Assembly (NCBI GenBank): GCA_905178155.1
Contig: CAJINV010000005.1
Span: forward strand, 7,618,989 to 7,682,988
Direction: 5' to 3'
DNA from: Amoebophrya sp. A120
Lineage: Eukaryota > Protista > Dinoflagellata
Length of the DNA: 64,000 nt
Part shown: in pieces, positions 25,719 to 38,407 of the stretch
Layout: each line of letters opens with the position of its first letter
Position numbering within the stretch: the stretch's first letter is position 1
The notes under the pieces: model-generated
Databases searched by the model: none
What the model saw: the letters and a program-made list of their open reading frames with translations, nothing else
What the model was told of the DNA's origin: nothing
Made by a program: the position numbers and the translations under genes

Positions 25719-26389
25719 TCGATATCATATCGATTCGATATATATTCCATAATTTTCCGATTTTTTCACAATTTCTTGAAGAAAATATCCAGAATCTCAA
25801 TATGAAAATAAAAAATTTCAGAAATAATTATGTTGAAATATTCATCCAGATCTTGGATTCCACCCAATTTTAATAGAATCTATTTTTCTCCAATTTCTTT
25901 CTTTCTTGTCATATCGATATCCAGTTATGATTCAGATTGTTTCTTCCAAAAGATATGAATCCATATGAGAATCTCAATAATAATTGACTCATTGAAAGAA
26001 TCGATCGATATCTCTCGATTCTATATTTATCTTTCGATGACAATGAATTCATAAAATTAATTTTTTTCTTCGATTCATTGATCCGGAGAAGAATTTCTGT
26101 AAATTTGAATCATCCCGAGAACAAGATGATCTGATACAACTACGAGGATAGATATTCCTATCATTTGATTTTCTTTCTTTCTTTTCATGTCTGGGCATGA
26201 CTCAAGTTCTCTCATAGACCCGGTCCGCGATTGTCCTTCTTCGATCTTCATCTTCTTGTCGTTCTCTCAAAGATAGATTGACTCATGGAATTAATTGTAT
26301 CCCTCGTTCAGGTATCCGTTAAATTCTGAAATAAAAACGATATCAGGATCAACAAAAAAGATAAATATGACAGGAAAGCAAGACGATAA

Positions 26390-28330
26390 AGATAATCGCC
26401 ACACACCCATATGAACTCGTGGCAGCCTCGCCATGCTTTCGATTTTCTTTATTCTTGTGGGCAAAATTGCGCACGCAATTCCGCGCGCGAGGGCCCTCTA
26501 ACGAGGTTGGCACGCAGGAAAACCCTGGGAGGCGGTACGCGAGCCCGGCAATGATGAGACGCCCACGCCACACATACCGTGGCCGGCCGCGCCGCGGGCG
26601 ATCTGCCGGCGAAATATCGAAACACAGGCAGGGCGCCGCTGGGCGGGCCAGAAGCGCCAGCGAACTGCAACGGCCGCACGTTGCCGCTCGGCGGGTTGGA
26701 AGACCGGCGGGCGGCAAGGAAGAAGATTGGCGGCCGGCGCGTTAACCCCTCGGACGGACGCGCGGCCCGGCGTTGCCTGGGTGGCACCCTAGGAAGGGGC
26801 GCAACACAACAAAGGCGGGCCGAGCGAGGAAACTGCCCGGCGGCGCTTCCAAACCGCACAAAGATAGGGGGGCCGCCGGTATGGTCCGGCCGGCGGCATT
26901 GGCAAAGAGCGCGGCGGCGGGCCCCATAGCGTCGGCGGCAACAGGGCGAACCCGAACTCCACAGAGAGGGAGTCGCCCAAGGCCCGGCACTCCCGCCCTT
27001 CTCCCGGCCGCTGCCGGCCGCAGGGCGCGGCACGGTATTTCCGTAGATTTCCTCTGCGGAACTTTCCCAATGAGTTCGATGACGCATTGCGCCGCGTGTC
27101 TGAACGTACGCGCTCCGATCGATAATAGTGCCGAGTGTTACGGGGTGGGAAACCTCGGACCCGCCGCCGTTGATGAGTGTCATTCCCCAAGGAGCACCCG
27201 CCTGCGCAATGGAGAAAGAGAGGCACACCGAACAAGCTCGGGCTCTACGACTTCCAAACTTGCCCCGCTCCCCATTCTCGTGGGCGACCATAGAGCCGGC
27301 GCAAAACGTCCACCCCGCCCTCGGGACGGGTTGGAAGGGGGTCCGCGACATGCCCCCCGCTGGGGAGCACCGCCACGCCCCGCGCCGGGGCCGCCTTCGG
27401 TGCGCCGCGCGCCAAGGGTGCCGGTGCAGAGTAGCCACCGGGGCAATTGAGGACCCCCCCGGGTGTTGCGACCCTTTTCGTTCGGCGTAGGCCCCAGAGC
27501 CGCCGGCAGGTTTTTCGGAGCGCAGCAGGCGGGGAGGGCAGGCCTCGCCCCGGAAGGTGGCCATCCCGGTCGGCGCCCGCCCCGCGGGGGGCCTTCTTTT
27601 TTGCTTGGCCGCCAACTTTTCCGGCTGGGCCATTTTCAGAGCGGGCCACGTTTGGCCGCATGCTTGCACAATATACATTCCCCGCGCGCGGCGCCCAAAC
27701 CCGGGAAGCCGGCCCACCGGGCTGCCTTGCAAGGGACATGCCGGGAGGCCCTCCCCGACGAGGGCGACCAGGGCCACGGCAAGCCCGGGCGGAAAATAGA
27801 AAACGGAAGGGGGCGCCGCAGAAAGGGCGCCGGCGCCCCATAATTGCCAACGCCACACGCCCATAGGCGCGCCGGCGCTTCGCGTGATCCCAGGACGGCC
27901 CTACAGCTGGCAAGCAATTTGCGGCGATCGGCGAAGTGGCAGGCGGACGGCGAAGCAAAGGGCCGCCATTTTCGCGGGCGCGTTCGGTAAGTATTTTCCG
28001 ACCGAAGAGGCTGGCCGCCCGCGATGCTTCCGGCCTTCGAGACTTCCGCTGGGCGCTGCGTCTCCGGAAACTGGGCGGCGCCTCGCTTTGCAGAAAGTCG
28101 CAAGGCCGGGGCCCTGGCGACAGGAGACGCCCCAAGGAGGCGGCGCCGGCCGGGAGGCAACACCCAGAACCGCGAGGCGGGCGGGCCGGGCAGAAACGCG
28201 AACGAGTGCGGCCCGCTGCCTGATGAGCGGCGCGGCTTAGGCGGAGCACCGGCCCGAGAGCTGCAATTGAAGAACTCGCCAGCGGAACGATGGGCACTCG
28301 AATTGCCGCCCTCCGTCTTGGCGCAACAGA
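26390..28330. other. GC-rich degenerate island, probable decayed mobile element; boundaries approximate
   Basis: Very high GC; spurious long ORFs on both strands; left end resembles the left end of the 10575 island. Confidence 0.45.
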
Positions 28331-28582
28331 AGTAACTTAAAAACGGCGAACACGACTGGGATTACTCCACATGCAACATCAGCACCAGGCAGCATCGAAA
28401 AAAATTGCGCGCCGGTAGTTGTTATCGTACTAACGTTTTGCATTTTACAAAAGCGCAGCTCTTCTTGACTCAGTGAATAACAGCCGCGAGAGCGATTTCG
28501 TCACTTCCTTCGTGTTCGTCCTCCTTTGTTGCACACAGCGAATCACGACCAAACACTTTCAGTTTCACTTCACCATCAAGAT

Positions 28583-31500
28583 CTACTTTCTCTTATTTTT
28601 CTTTTTCACCACCCGTCTTTTCCTCTTTTTCGGCTTCTGCTGGTTCAGGTCTGGTTTCTTCTCTTTCGATTTTTTCGAAGAGCTACCGAGCTTGTGCAGT
28701 TCCGCGGACAATTCGGCGTCGTCATCGGAGTTGTCTGAATCGCCATCAACATCATCTCCATCCATCTCCGACACAGATTTCTGATCGTCGCCCGCGGTGG
28801 AGACGCTACTATCGTCGTCTGAATCTTTTTGCTCCGCATTGTTCTTCCCGGGATTCTTGTTTTTCTCCCCCTGCTTGCCCTTCGAAGATTTATTCTTCGT
28901 CTCATCCCCTCCTGCTGCATCGCTGTCTTCGCTATCGCTGTCCGAAAAATCGTCCCCCGTACAACTATCACTGTCGGAGGAAAATCCATCAAATCCGTTC
29001 TCCTCGTCCCCACCAGCCAGCTTCTGTCCGATCTTTTTGATTTCCACGTCGAACTGTTTTTTTGTGATTTTCCCCTTCTTCAACTTCTTCGCCAAACATT
29101 CCTCCATTTGCAGGGCCTGCCACTCCTCCAGCCGGTTTTTTCTTCCCGCCGTCCGCTTCTCCGTCCGGGTGCGAGCCTTCTCGTCCTTCTTCCTCTGCTT
29201 TTCCAACTCTCGTTCCTTCCGGATTCGCTGTCGTTCCAAATCCTCCGCGGTTTCGGTGGCGGCCTTCTCGTCCCTGAATGGTTGGATAATTTTGGGGTTT
29301 GTCATGTTGCTAAACAGAAGTCATGCCGTCGTGCCGTGGTTGGATATAGAGTGTCATGGGTGATTGCTGACTATGCTGGCATCTCGAGTAGAAACGACGA
29401 TCGGAATCTTCCTGACCATAGCAATACAACTTCCATTTTCATCTTTGCTCTTGAGCAATACAAATTCGAATGATTTCATCTGTACCTTTGTCTCTGCAGC
29501 TTTTCCTGTCTTTGTTTCTCCCTGACCTTGTCCAGAAATGGCACGGTCTCCGGATTCACCTTCGATTGCACGAAATTTTCGATCTTTTTCCCCAAAATCT
29601 CCTTTATCCGGGGGATTCTCAACAAGCACAGCCCGGTCGCGACGTCCCCTAACGGAAGTTCCTCTATCCGAAACAAAAACCGAAGCTGGTGTTCCTGGTA
29701 CCCGCGGAAGAAACTGACAAAGCACGCGTTGGCTTTCATCATGGCCTGTCGGTCGGTTTCGATCAATTGCTTGATTTTCAAGAGAACGCGGTCGGTGGTC
29801 GGTTGAATGAGTTCTGCGATGCTGGTGGGAACAGTTCTTTTTATCGTGGTTGTTGTAGCAGAGGATCCCTGGTGGTGGTCGTCGTCCTGTGTAGAAGATG
29901 AAGATGTTGTTGATTCTACTGCAGCTGCTGGTGCCGCAGCCTCTGTTGCAGTTGCTGCAGCCTCTGTGTGCATCGCCGCTGCTGCTTGTTTCTGCTTCTT
30001 ACTCAACTTCCGTTTCTTGGTTTGTGGCTCTACTGACTTCGCACAAGAACTCCCAGCGTCGCTACTTTGGTTGATGTTCGTGTTCGCGTCAGAACTTTGC
30101 TGACGTTCTTTCTGTGCACGACCAGCAGCAGCTACCGCTGCTGCAAGCAGTTTCTCCTCATAATTCTCCAGATGTACCCCCCGGTTCTTCAGAAACTCCA
30201 CGTAACTCACCTCGTTCTTCATCAGAAACACGCACGACTCGCCCCCAGCCCCGGCCCTTGCGGTCCGCCCGATCCGATGTACAAAAGCACTCGGGTCGCA
30301 CGGCGGGTCGAACTGGATAATCAGATCGATGTCCGGCACGTCGACCCCTCGCGCCACGACATCGGTTGCTAGTAGGATTTTCGTCTTACTGTTCTTGAAT
30401 TTCATCCAGTTCTGTTCCCTTCCCTTCTGCGGCATCTGTCCGTGGATTTTTTCCGATTTCAGGTTCAAATGCAGGAGAACTTTGTGGTAGTAGTCCACTG
30501 CCGCGCAGGTGAGGAAGAAAACGAGGACTTTTTTGTTCTTCGTTTCCTCGAGTAATTTGTACAGTAGCGGTAATTTTGACTGGAAATTCGGAACTTCGAG
30601 GAAATAATTCTTCAGTTTTTGCGGTAAAACTTGATGTGTTGAGTCGGGGGCGGTTGGAGCAACGGCGTTTTCTGCGTTGCTCGCTGCAGGAGCGTCCTCT
30701 GAATTTTTATCCCTGAGCGCAGGAGCAGGACCCTTCTGCTGTTCTTCTTTACCTTCTGCGGTTTTAAAATTGCCATCTGCTGCTGAAGTAGAACTACCTG
30801 CTTTGGTACTACTCCCTTTATTCGCAGTATTCACCTCCACATTGACCTGCACAGGATTCCTCCCCGCGAACCCCACTCGGACCAGCGTGTGCATCTCGGA
30901 ATTTTGCAAAGTTGCGGAGAACAGAGCCGTGCGTCTTTGTCGCGGTAGGTAGTTGACGATTTCGCGAATGTCCTTTTCGAAACCTAACTGCAACAATCGA
31001 TCCGCCTCGTCAAAGACCAAAACCTCCAACTTTTTCGCCAACTCCTTCCCGATTGTTAGGTTGTTGTTCGATTTTTCCCGGAGCCAGTGCACTAATCTCC
31101 CCGGCGTCGCGACGATGATAGTTCGGGCGACGGGAGATAATGAACAAGTGTCGTGCGATGTAGTAGTAGGAACAGATGCTGCAGTATCAAATGTAAAAGT
31201 GTCTGGGTCTGGGAGATTCTGAGACTTGTCATTCATATTTTGCATGACCCAGGATGTCTGTAATGCAGCGCGACCTAGCATTACAGATTTTTCGATGGCT
31301 TCCTGATGCCTACTCCGCATGACAAACGCCCTCCCCGCGTAGCACAAACTACTTTAGACTCCTCTTGTTGGTCACGCAATACAAATTTTTTCAGAGTCCA
31401 AAGTTAGCATCACAAGTTCCAAACTTCCAGACCCAGACATTTTTACATTTGATATGCAGTTCTGTCGAAAATCGTGGTCGCCTTCTGCCACATCTTCTGT

Positions 31501-32263
31501 TCCATGTGCTGGGACTTTCCACCGACGAAAACCGCGGATCGGATCTCTTTCGTCTGCTCAAAGCATTTATGCAATCCAAATATGTCTGGGTCTGGAAAAG
31601 TGCAACGCTTGATGTCATGCGCATTTTACAAGACGCGTGAGGTCTGTGCTGCATGCCCTGGCATCACAGGTTCTGGGAGATCTTTATTTTCATTCCTTGC
31701 CCGCATGAGAATCTGCCTCTCGACTTAGTCACAAGAGGACGCCTCTTGCTAATCACGATCCAGACCTAGCATGACAAGTTGCATCCTTTCAGACCCAAGC
31801 ACTTTTGCATGTGATAGAATTTCAGGTATTTCTCCAAGATTTCGGAAATCTGCAGGGCGAGCTCCCGAGTTGGCACGAGGATCAGTCCCCCAAGAGCGGC
31901 GGTTTTGTTTGGTTTGATATGTTTACTGCTTGTTTCCGTTTCGTCGTTGTCAGCATCTGCTTCTGCATCCTTCCTCTCCTCTTTTTCCTGCGTCACCGCG
32001 CGTAGACAAAGCTCCACGACGGGTAGGAGAAATGCGAGGGTCTTCCCGCTCCCCGTACAAGCTTGGACCAGCACGTCTTTGTTCTTCAGAAACAGGGGAA
32101 TTGCGATGGCTTGCACCGGGGTCATCTTCTTAAAGTTCAAACTGTTGATGAACTTTTTCGACGGGTCGGAAATGTTGGAGTCCGCAAGCGCCGCCCAGGA
32201 ACGACGGTTGATTGGCGGAGCTGGCCGCGCGGAGTCTTGGTCATGTTGTGCGGGGGACGACAT
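28583..32263 (-). CDS. SPB4: ATP-dependent rRNA helicase DDX55/Spb4 (DEAD-box), ~991 aa
   Basis: Q motif MTPVQ, ACTGSGKT, PTRELA, VFVGG, TPGRL, DEAD, SAT, FFLTCAAVDYY, ARGVD, HRIGRTAR, plus Spb4-type C-terminal FVSFFRGYQEH..LLRIPRIKE. TIR introns 31568-31816, 31185-31454 and GT-AG intron 29310-29485 join in frame. Confidence 0.9.
31185..31454. mobile_element. TIR introner, family A
   Basis: tatcaaatgtaaaagtgtctgggtctgg ... ccagacccagacatttttacatttgata; TSD tgcag/tgcag. Confidence 0.93.
31568..31816. mobile_element. TIR introner, family A
   Basis: tatgcaatccaaatatgtctgggtctgg ... cagacccaagcacttttgcatgtgata; TSD gcatt/gaatt. Confidence 0.9.
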
Positions 32264-33049
32264 TTTTGCTGTAGTTTTCTTCGATTTACTAGTCTTAGTG
32301 TGTGACGCAGCCGGTCACGGCATTAAGTCAAGTGAAAATGGAAAGGGCAAGGAAGATGAATCGCTGTCGCTAGGTCTTGTACGCCGACTGTGACTTGGTG
32401 TGCCAATAGCAATACAATACTCACCTCAACATGCGAACGCAATACTATAATTGCCTGCTTGCTTCGATGGATACAACATTCTGATGTAGAAGAAGTCATT
32501 TCATCAAGATCAGGTCGCCCGGGCGCGACAGGAACTTTTCGTGGCTCTTTCATAGATCATGTCGACATCGCTTTCGAACTTCTTGCTCTTTTGCGTTGAG
32601 GTTGTCATTGAAACCTAGAACTTCAGCGTCGATGAGCAGTTAGGTGATCTTTTGTTGCGTTTTGAAAGATCGGGATCACTGTCCTTTTCTCCATTTGGAA
32701 TTTGATCGAAGTCAACGTCTTTTCATTCTCAAATTGCTCGTCTTTGAAGCACGCATTTTTACCGACCCGAACGTAAGTTTTACCTGCTGATGTCGTGATC
32801 TGTCATGTACGTTACTCGTTACTGGTGCGACTGCGCCACTCATAGTTAGTCGTAGACACTTTTGATGTTGATCTGGCAAGCCTCCGTGTAATATCAACAA
32901 AAAAAATGAGCCAGAGCAAACAGCGCTTGCAAGTGCTGGTAATGGTTGGCCATTTCTTTATCGAGGTCAACACAGACAAGGCCGGTATCTTCAGGACAAT
33001 GCCGCCGGCATCATCAACAAGGTGCCGGACCATCATAGGGAGGTCACTG

Positions 33050-34750
33050 ACTGAGAAGCGACAGTACTGGCGCCGCGCCCTCACACATCAGGCAGCTACT
33101 CGCGCCACTGAGGTAGGGTGCGCGAGGGTCGATCGTGGCAGCCCGCGGCGCCGAGGCGCTGAAGAACCAAAACCCCCCCCCCGCCCCACCCAGAGGGCCG
33201 GGCCGACCATGCATCCAACGAAGAACGGGGCGGGCGGCGGAGGTAGCGCACAAGGAGGCCACATAGCCACGCACGCAAGCACGGCGCGGCCAGCGGCGTG
33301 GATGGGGCACCCGGCGGCAGGCCGCCACAGCTAACCAAGGGCAGGGCGCCCGCACGAAAGGAAGAGGGGCGCAGCTGCGCGCCCCCCCGGGCATCCAACC
33401 AAGAGGCCGGCCCCGGCCGCCCCGGCGGGGGGCCGTCTTTGCCGGCGACGGACCGGGCCCAGAGCGACGGGGCCGCCCGGGGCAGACTTGCAGGGCCGGG
33501 GCCCCCGACGGACGTACGAACCAAGGAAGGAGGAGGGAGGGCCGGCGCGCGCTCGGTTGCGGGGCCATCAATCGGCCGCGCAGCCGGGGCGGCAGCGGTG
33601 CGGCCCGCCCGAACTGGCGCCAGGCAGGTTCAGGTGGTTCGGCCTTGGCGTGACCATCAACCCGCCAAGGGGCCGACCGTACCGCTATCGTCCCAGGGGC
33701 GCCTACAAAAGCGCGACCCCACCAAAGCATCGCCCCAAAGCGAGCAAAACACGCCACCGGGGGGGGGCCGGGAGCGCCGGGCATGCGCTTTTCTCCCCCA
33801 TACGGCCGCCCGGCGCCCAGCCGGCCGCTGGCCATCGCTACGCCCTTGGCGCAAGTCGTTCGCACGCCCGCGCGGGGGGGGGCGCGGGCGCACCCGGCGG
33901 GCGGGCCGCCAATGAATCGCCCGGGCCTGATTCTGTTCGGCGTCAAGCTATCCCGCAGCGGGGGCGTGTTGGGCGTCCGTCGTGTTCAAGTGGTAGGGCG
34001 TCGGCCCCGGCGTCTCCGGCGGGGGAGGAGGTGGCATCTTCCCGCCGCCTGCCTCGCTACTTGTTCACATTCCCGCATATGTCCCGCGTTGGAATTCTTT
34101 TAGGCGCTCCCCACGTGCTGCGACCAAAGTTAGTCCACCCGGCCGGCGCCGGCCGCTTGGGCGCAACATTGGCGCCCCTCCAAGCCTTCAAATTCGCCAA
34201 GGGCCGCCCCAGGAACGAAGGGCGCAGGCGCGGCAGGCCAGAGTCGGGCGCCGAAACGCGGCACGCACCGCGCTGCGGCGTGACCCTACCGCGCACCAAT
34301 GCCAGGAAGCGGGGCGGGCCCGGGCAGCTCCGGCAGAAGGCACACGAAGAACGTCGGGCAACTCCAAGTAGTGGGGTTTTGAGAAATCCCCTCCGCGGTT
34401 GCGCATCTGAATGAAGCGCGTCAAGAATTTGGGCCGCGCGCTTGCTTGGCAGCCCGCCCGCGAGCCTGCCGCGCACAGGCCAGCGCAGCGGACGCGCTAC
34501 AGCCTCCAGCGGGCGGGCGCGCGCGCGCGCATGAAAGCCAAGGCAGGGGCCGCAACTCGAAAGCCACCAAAAGGGGGCGCGCTGTTCAAAATCCGCGCAG
34601 GATGCTGTGTGTACTTTTCAAGAAGATCGCGGCACTCGCCGGAAAAAGCGGCGCCACAAGGGCAATTGCCGGCATTGTTGGGAACAAACATCGCCATCTT
34701 GGGGGCGTTAGCGTTACCGTGGCGCGGAGGAGATACCGCTGTCATGTTGA
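33050..34750. other. GC-rich degenerate island, probable decayed mobile element; boundaries approximate
   Basis: Very high GC intergenic block between DDX55 and primase; spurious ORFs in many frames. Confidence 0.45.
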
Positions 34751-35110
34751 GACCGGTGGCGCTTCGTTACAATTCCGTTTCCGGATTTCATCTAAATATC
34801 AACTCTGTTTCCACCGGACCTACCACGTCTGGGCTTCAACGACCTCAACCGATGGGAATTTGTGCGAAAAAAGTTTGCGCGTATAATCTAACTCTGAGGG
34901 AAACATACTGCGGGGTTACATATCTGTCCCTTTCGACAGTTTCGTTTTGCTTAAATCTACCTGAAAGAAGAGAAACGGTCAAGACCTACTTTGGAAAACA
35001 AGCTCGGCCGAAGAAAAATTTTTATCTACAAGTTAAATCATGCGGTGGAAGTCGTCACGACGACTACAACCACCCAGTACGACGTCCTTGTGCAGCACAA
35101 CGACCTCATG

Positions 35111-38100
35111 CTAGCTAACAATCTCCATCGGTTGCACCCCACCTCCATTCGCGTTCGCACTGGCGCTCGCGCTACTGCTACTTCGGCCGGCGGTATGGCT
35201 GTGTCAGGATTGAAATCGACAAAGTTGAAGAAATAATAACTTGTAATGCATAAAATGGGCGAAAGTTGTAACCCAGTTCCAAGTGGCGCATGACAAATTT
35301 AGGTAGAACCGAAATCCAGTTTGTCATGCTGTTTGGGTAAGCAAGACGTCTTTTGTCATGCTACTTTAGCTGCTCAGTTTCTACCCCTCAACAGGCTTAC
35401 AATCTTCCTCACTTGCCTACGTACTCTGCAAGACAGGCACGCTGCGGGCTGCATTTTATGCATGGCAAATTATTTCAACTTTGACGATTTCAATCCTGAC
35501 ACTTCCATAGCCGGTCCCCCCGGTGTAGTAGTTGACACTCTCGTTGAAAAATTGGTTCGGGTGATTCCCAATTCCCTCGCCGGAATGGCCCTTGTGCGTC
35601 TTGCAGAAGAACTGCTTACACGCAAGCTGGTAGTGCTTTTCGGTGGATTTCTTCGTTATGTCCTCGATATCGCCGGCCGGAACGTCCCAGTGGAGCAAAA
35701 CCTGATGGAATAATAATTTGAACATTAGAAGTGCGATCAGTAGTCTGTCATGCGAACTGTTAGACGAAAAAGTCATTCTGTCATGCATGAAGCCAGGAGT
35801 GCTATACAACTATACCTTCCCCAACATGTCCTTGTCCATACTTTTGAACGGACACCCGTGCACCTGCCCCGCGGTTGCCAAGGGGAAACCGATGATGCTG
35901 GCACAGCCAAACGCGTTTTGTCCCTTCATGTGTCCCTTTTTCCCGTAGGCGTGTTCGATGTCGTAGGCGAAATTTTTCTCAAATTTGTTCTCATCGACTT
36001 CCGGATCGCGGGTCACTTCCTGTCGCCACCAGGTGAGGGACTGTTTCAGGTCGAAGCCCGCTTCGCGGAGAAATGGCCTGCAGATTTTGACAGCGGTGAA
36101 GCTGAATGAAGGCCACAATGCAGCTACTTCATTGATTTTGTATTCGTGATCGTGTCCTCCGTGCATGACAAGACTAAGACAAAACAGTGTTGATGTCCGA
36201 TGCTCATGGCAAACTTTCTTATCATACCTCAACTGCAGCTTCCCTTGGTGCTTCAGCCTCTTCTTCTGATCGCGCTGTGCCTGCACGGCCCATCTCATGC
36301 AGGGTGGGAGGCTTCGCTTCAACATGATCTCGAAGTTTGCCAGGGACAAAGATTCGCTGGGACCCAGTTGGTTCATGGTCGGTTTCGCAAAGAACAACGT
36401 CTGCCCGTTTTCTTGAAGGGTCTGTGATAAAATTTTTTGTGAACAATTTCTGAATGAAAATGAATATCTACGAATTAGAAATGAAAAAGTGATGCGGTTC
36501 CCGCATGACAAACCATTCGCCACAAGCATGTCCTGCGTGAGAAGCTGCAATGTTGTATATTATACCCTCAAAAACGGCGCTATTCTCTTTTCCTGCATGG
36601 CGTAGTCTAATCCTTCGAAGGCTTGACTCAAGTCCTCCCGTAGTTTGTTCCGAAACTTGTCTATCACCAAGGTCGTGAGCATAGAGTTTGGCACGTAGGC
36701 TATGCCCTTCTTCACTATCACCCGTCTTTTCGCTAGATGGTAGGGGGTTATTTCCGTCCACGGGATTTCGTAAAACTCCGTTTCGTAGCGCGGCGGACCT
36801 GTAAAATGAGTGTGTTGCATTTGATTCATTTGTGGTGTTTTTTTGATGACGTAACAAGTACAGCGATCTGAAGAAACGACAAACTTAAACTTGTTCTAGA
36901 TTTGCAAAAAAAAATAACCTGGTGGTCCTCCCGGCTGGAAGATCTTCGCTCCCGGTGTGCATTCCTGCAGATCCTTTAATCGCACCGGCGCTCGCGGACT
37001 ACTAGAGCTACTGCTGCTTCCACCCGCCTGCTGCTGCCCGCCGGGCGAGAATTTCACGTGCGCGTTGCCCGTTTGTTTGTAATATGCATTGCAAATATGT
37101 CTGAGTCTGGAAGGATGCAAGGTTTGTCATGCTTGTCTGGCATGACTGAAGAGATTGTAATGCGCGTCCAAGAAGAGATCTTCCCGCTGGTCATGCAAAA
37201 CGCAGTTTGTCATGCGAAAAGCGCAACACTAAGCCGCGCAAATATTTCTCATGTTTGGCAGTGCATGACAGAGAATTCACTACTCACAAATCAGCATTGC
37301 AAGTTTGCAGACCCAGACATTTTTGCATTTGATATGTAAAAGTCCGCTATGGCTTGTTCGCGGAGATTTTGTAGTCTCAACGCGAAGAGCCGGGCTTCTT
37401 GCTTGACAAACCATTCCTTCGCATCCCTGGTTTTGCAAAACGCTAGGCGGAGGATGAAGTGGGAAACGGTGTCGTTGAAAATGAAATTCTCCTTGTCGCT
37501 TGCGAACCTCTCCTGCTCGCCAGAAAAAGAAGGGTAGTCGAGCCATAGACGGTTCGCCTTCAGTTCCTCGATGCACTTCTTCCGGCCGACTGGAGGTTTT
37601 TTTCATGATCGTGTGAAAGAGCAGGGTTCTTCCCACTTACTTTGTTTTTTCAATCATCCATGCAACACAACTTTGCTCACTGTTGCAGCTGCGCATGACA
37701 AAAAGTGGCAATTTTTATGCTCAAGAAATGCCCTCTGTACCTTGCTCCAAATCTTTCCCCACCGGTCTCTCCCCGTTACTCACCCGTTCGAACATGTGTA
37801 AGACCTTGAGCCTCTGTATGGATTGCAAATATAATGTCTGGGTCTGGAAGAGTGGAACTTGTAATGCTGTCTGCGGATTCTAGAAACGTCTGTATTGCAT
37901 GAGCAGCAAGAGGAGTCAGCTCTTGGCACGCAGAGAGGGCATTTGTCATGTGTAATTAGCATCAAGAAGCTCTCAAAAAATCTGTGATGCCAGCACCAGC
38001 ATCACAGACCTCACGGGTCATGTAAAATGTGCATGACAAGCCCCGACTCTTCCAGACCCAGACATATTTGCAGTTGATACTCTGCTTCGCCAAACCCTCA

Positions 38101-38407
38101 AACAGGGGTATAGACACTTCTCCGCCGGGCGTGTTATTGTAGAAGGAGAGACCAAGAGTCTCTGCGCTGAATTGCTCGCCGGTAACATTTATCCTGTGCA
38201 AAAGTATCGTACTCGTACTAATTGCAAATATGCATTACAAATCTTCCTCCAAAGGTAACACAGCATTACAGATTCTACTTTTCTTCTTGCGAAAATTTGT
38301 AATGCAATTTATACTAATATTGGTATTGCGTTACTTTTGCAATGCATAACCTTGTCGAACAGCCCCGGGCCGAGCGCGAAGTCGGCACCACCCGGAACGG
38401 CTTGCAT
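35111..38407 (-). CDS. PRI2: DNA primase large subunit (PRIM2/PriL)
   Basis: LSFY..P..FE..A.QRLKVL, DTVSHFILRLAFC..WF..EARLF, LPPCM, LKHQGKLQL.PFL..G, YDIEHAYGKKG, HGCPF, HYQLAC, HPNQFF. TIR introns 38190, 37817, 37083, 35194; GT-AG introns 37590-37740, 36799-36918, 36422-36565, 36078-36227, 35702-35815. Confidence 0.92.
35194..35509. mobile_element. TIR introner, family C
   Basis: tatggctgtgtcaggattgaaatcgacaaagttgaa ... ttcaactttgacgatttcaatcctgacacttccata; TSD ggcgg/gccgg. Confidence 0.9.
37083..37334. mobile_element. TIR introner, family A
   Basis: Family A ends; TSD tgtaa/tgtaa; interior similar to the reverse of 44671-44930. Confidence 0.93.
37817..38079. mobile_element. TIR introner, family A
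   Basis: Family A ends; TSD ctctg/ctctg; near-identical to 63307-63572. Confidence 0.93.
38190..38348. mobile_element. TIR introner, family B
   Basis: tatcctgtgcaaaagtatcg ... acttttgcaatgcata; TSD acatt/acctt. Confidence 0.9.

Noticed and set aside
26449-28297. Long ORFs (471 aa, 350 aa) in the GC island, including a weak LINE-like stretch ACGQTWPALKMAQPEKL
   Set aside because: Open frames are expected at this GC content; there are no ordered RT motifs and no YADD-like core
33044-34414. 300-aa ORFs or rRNA/ITS in GC-rich DNA
   Set aside because: R/G/P/A-biased translations in many frames; no conserved rRNA motifs recognised
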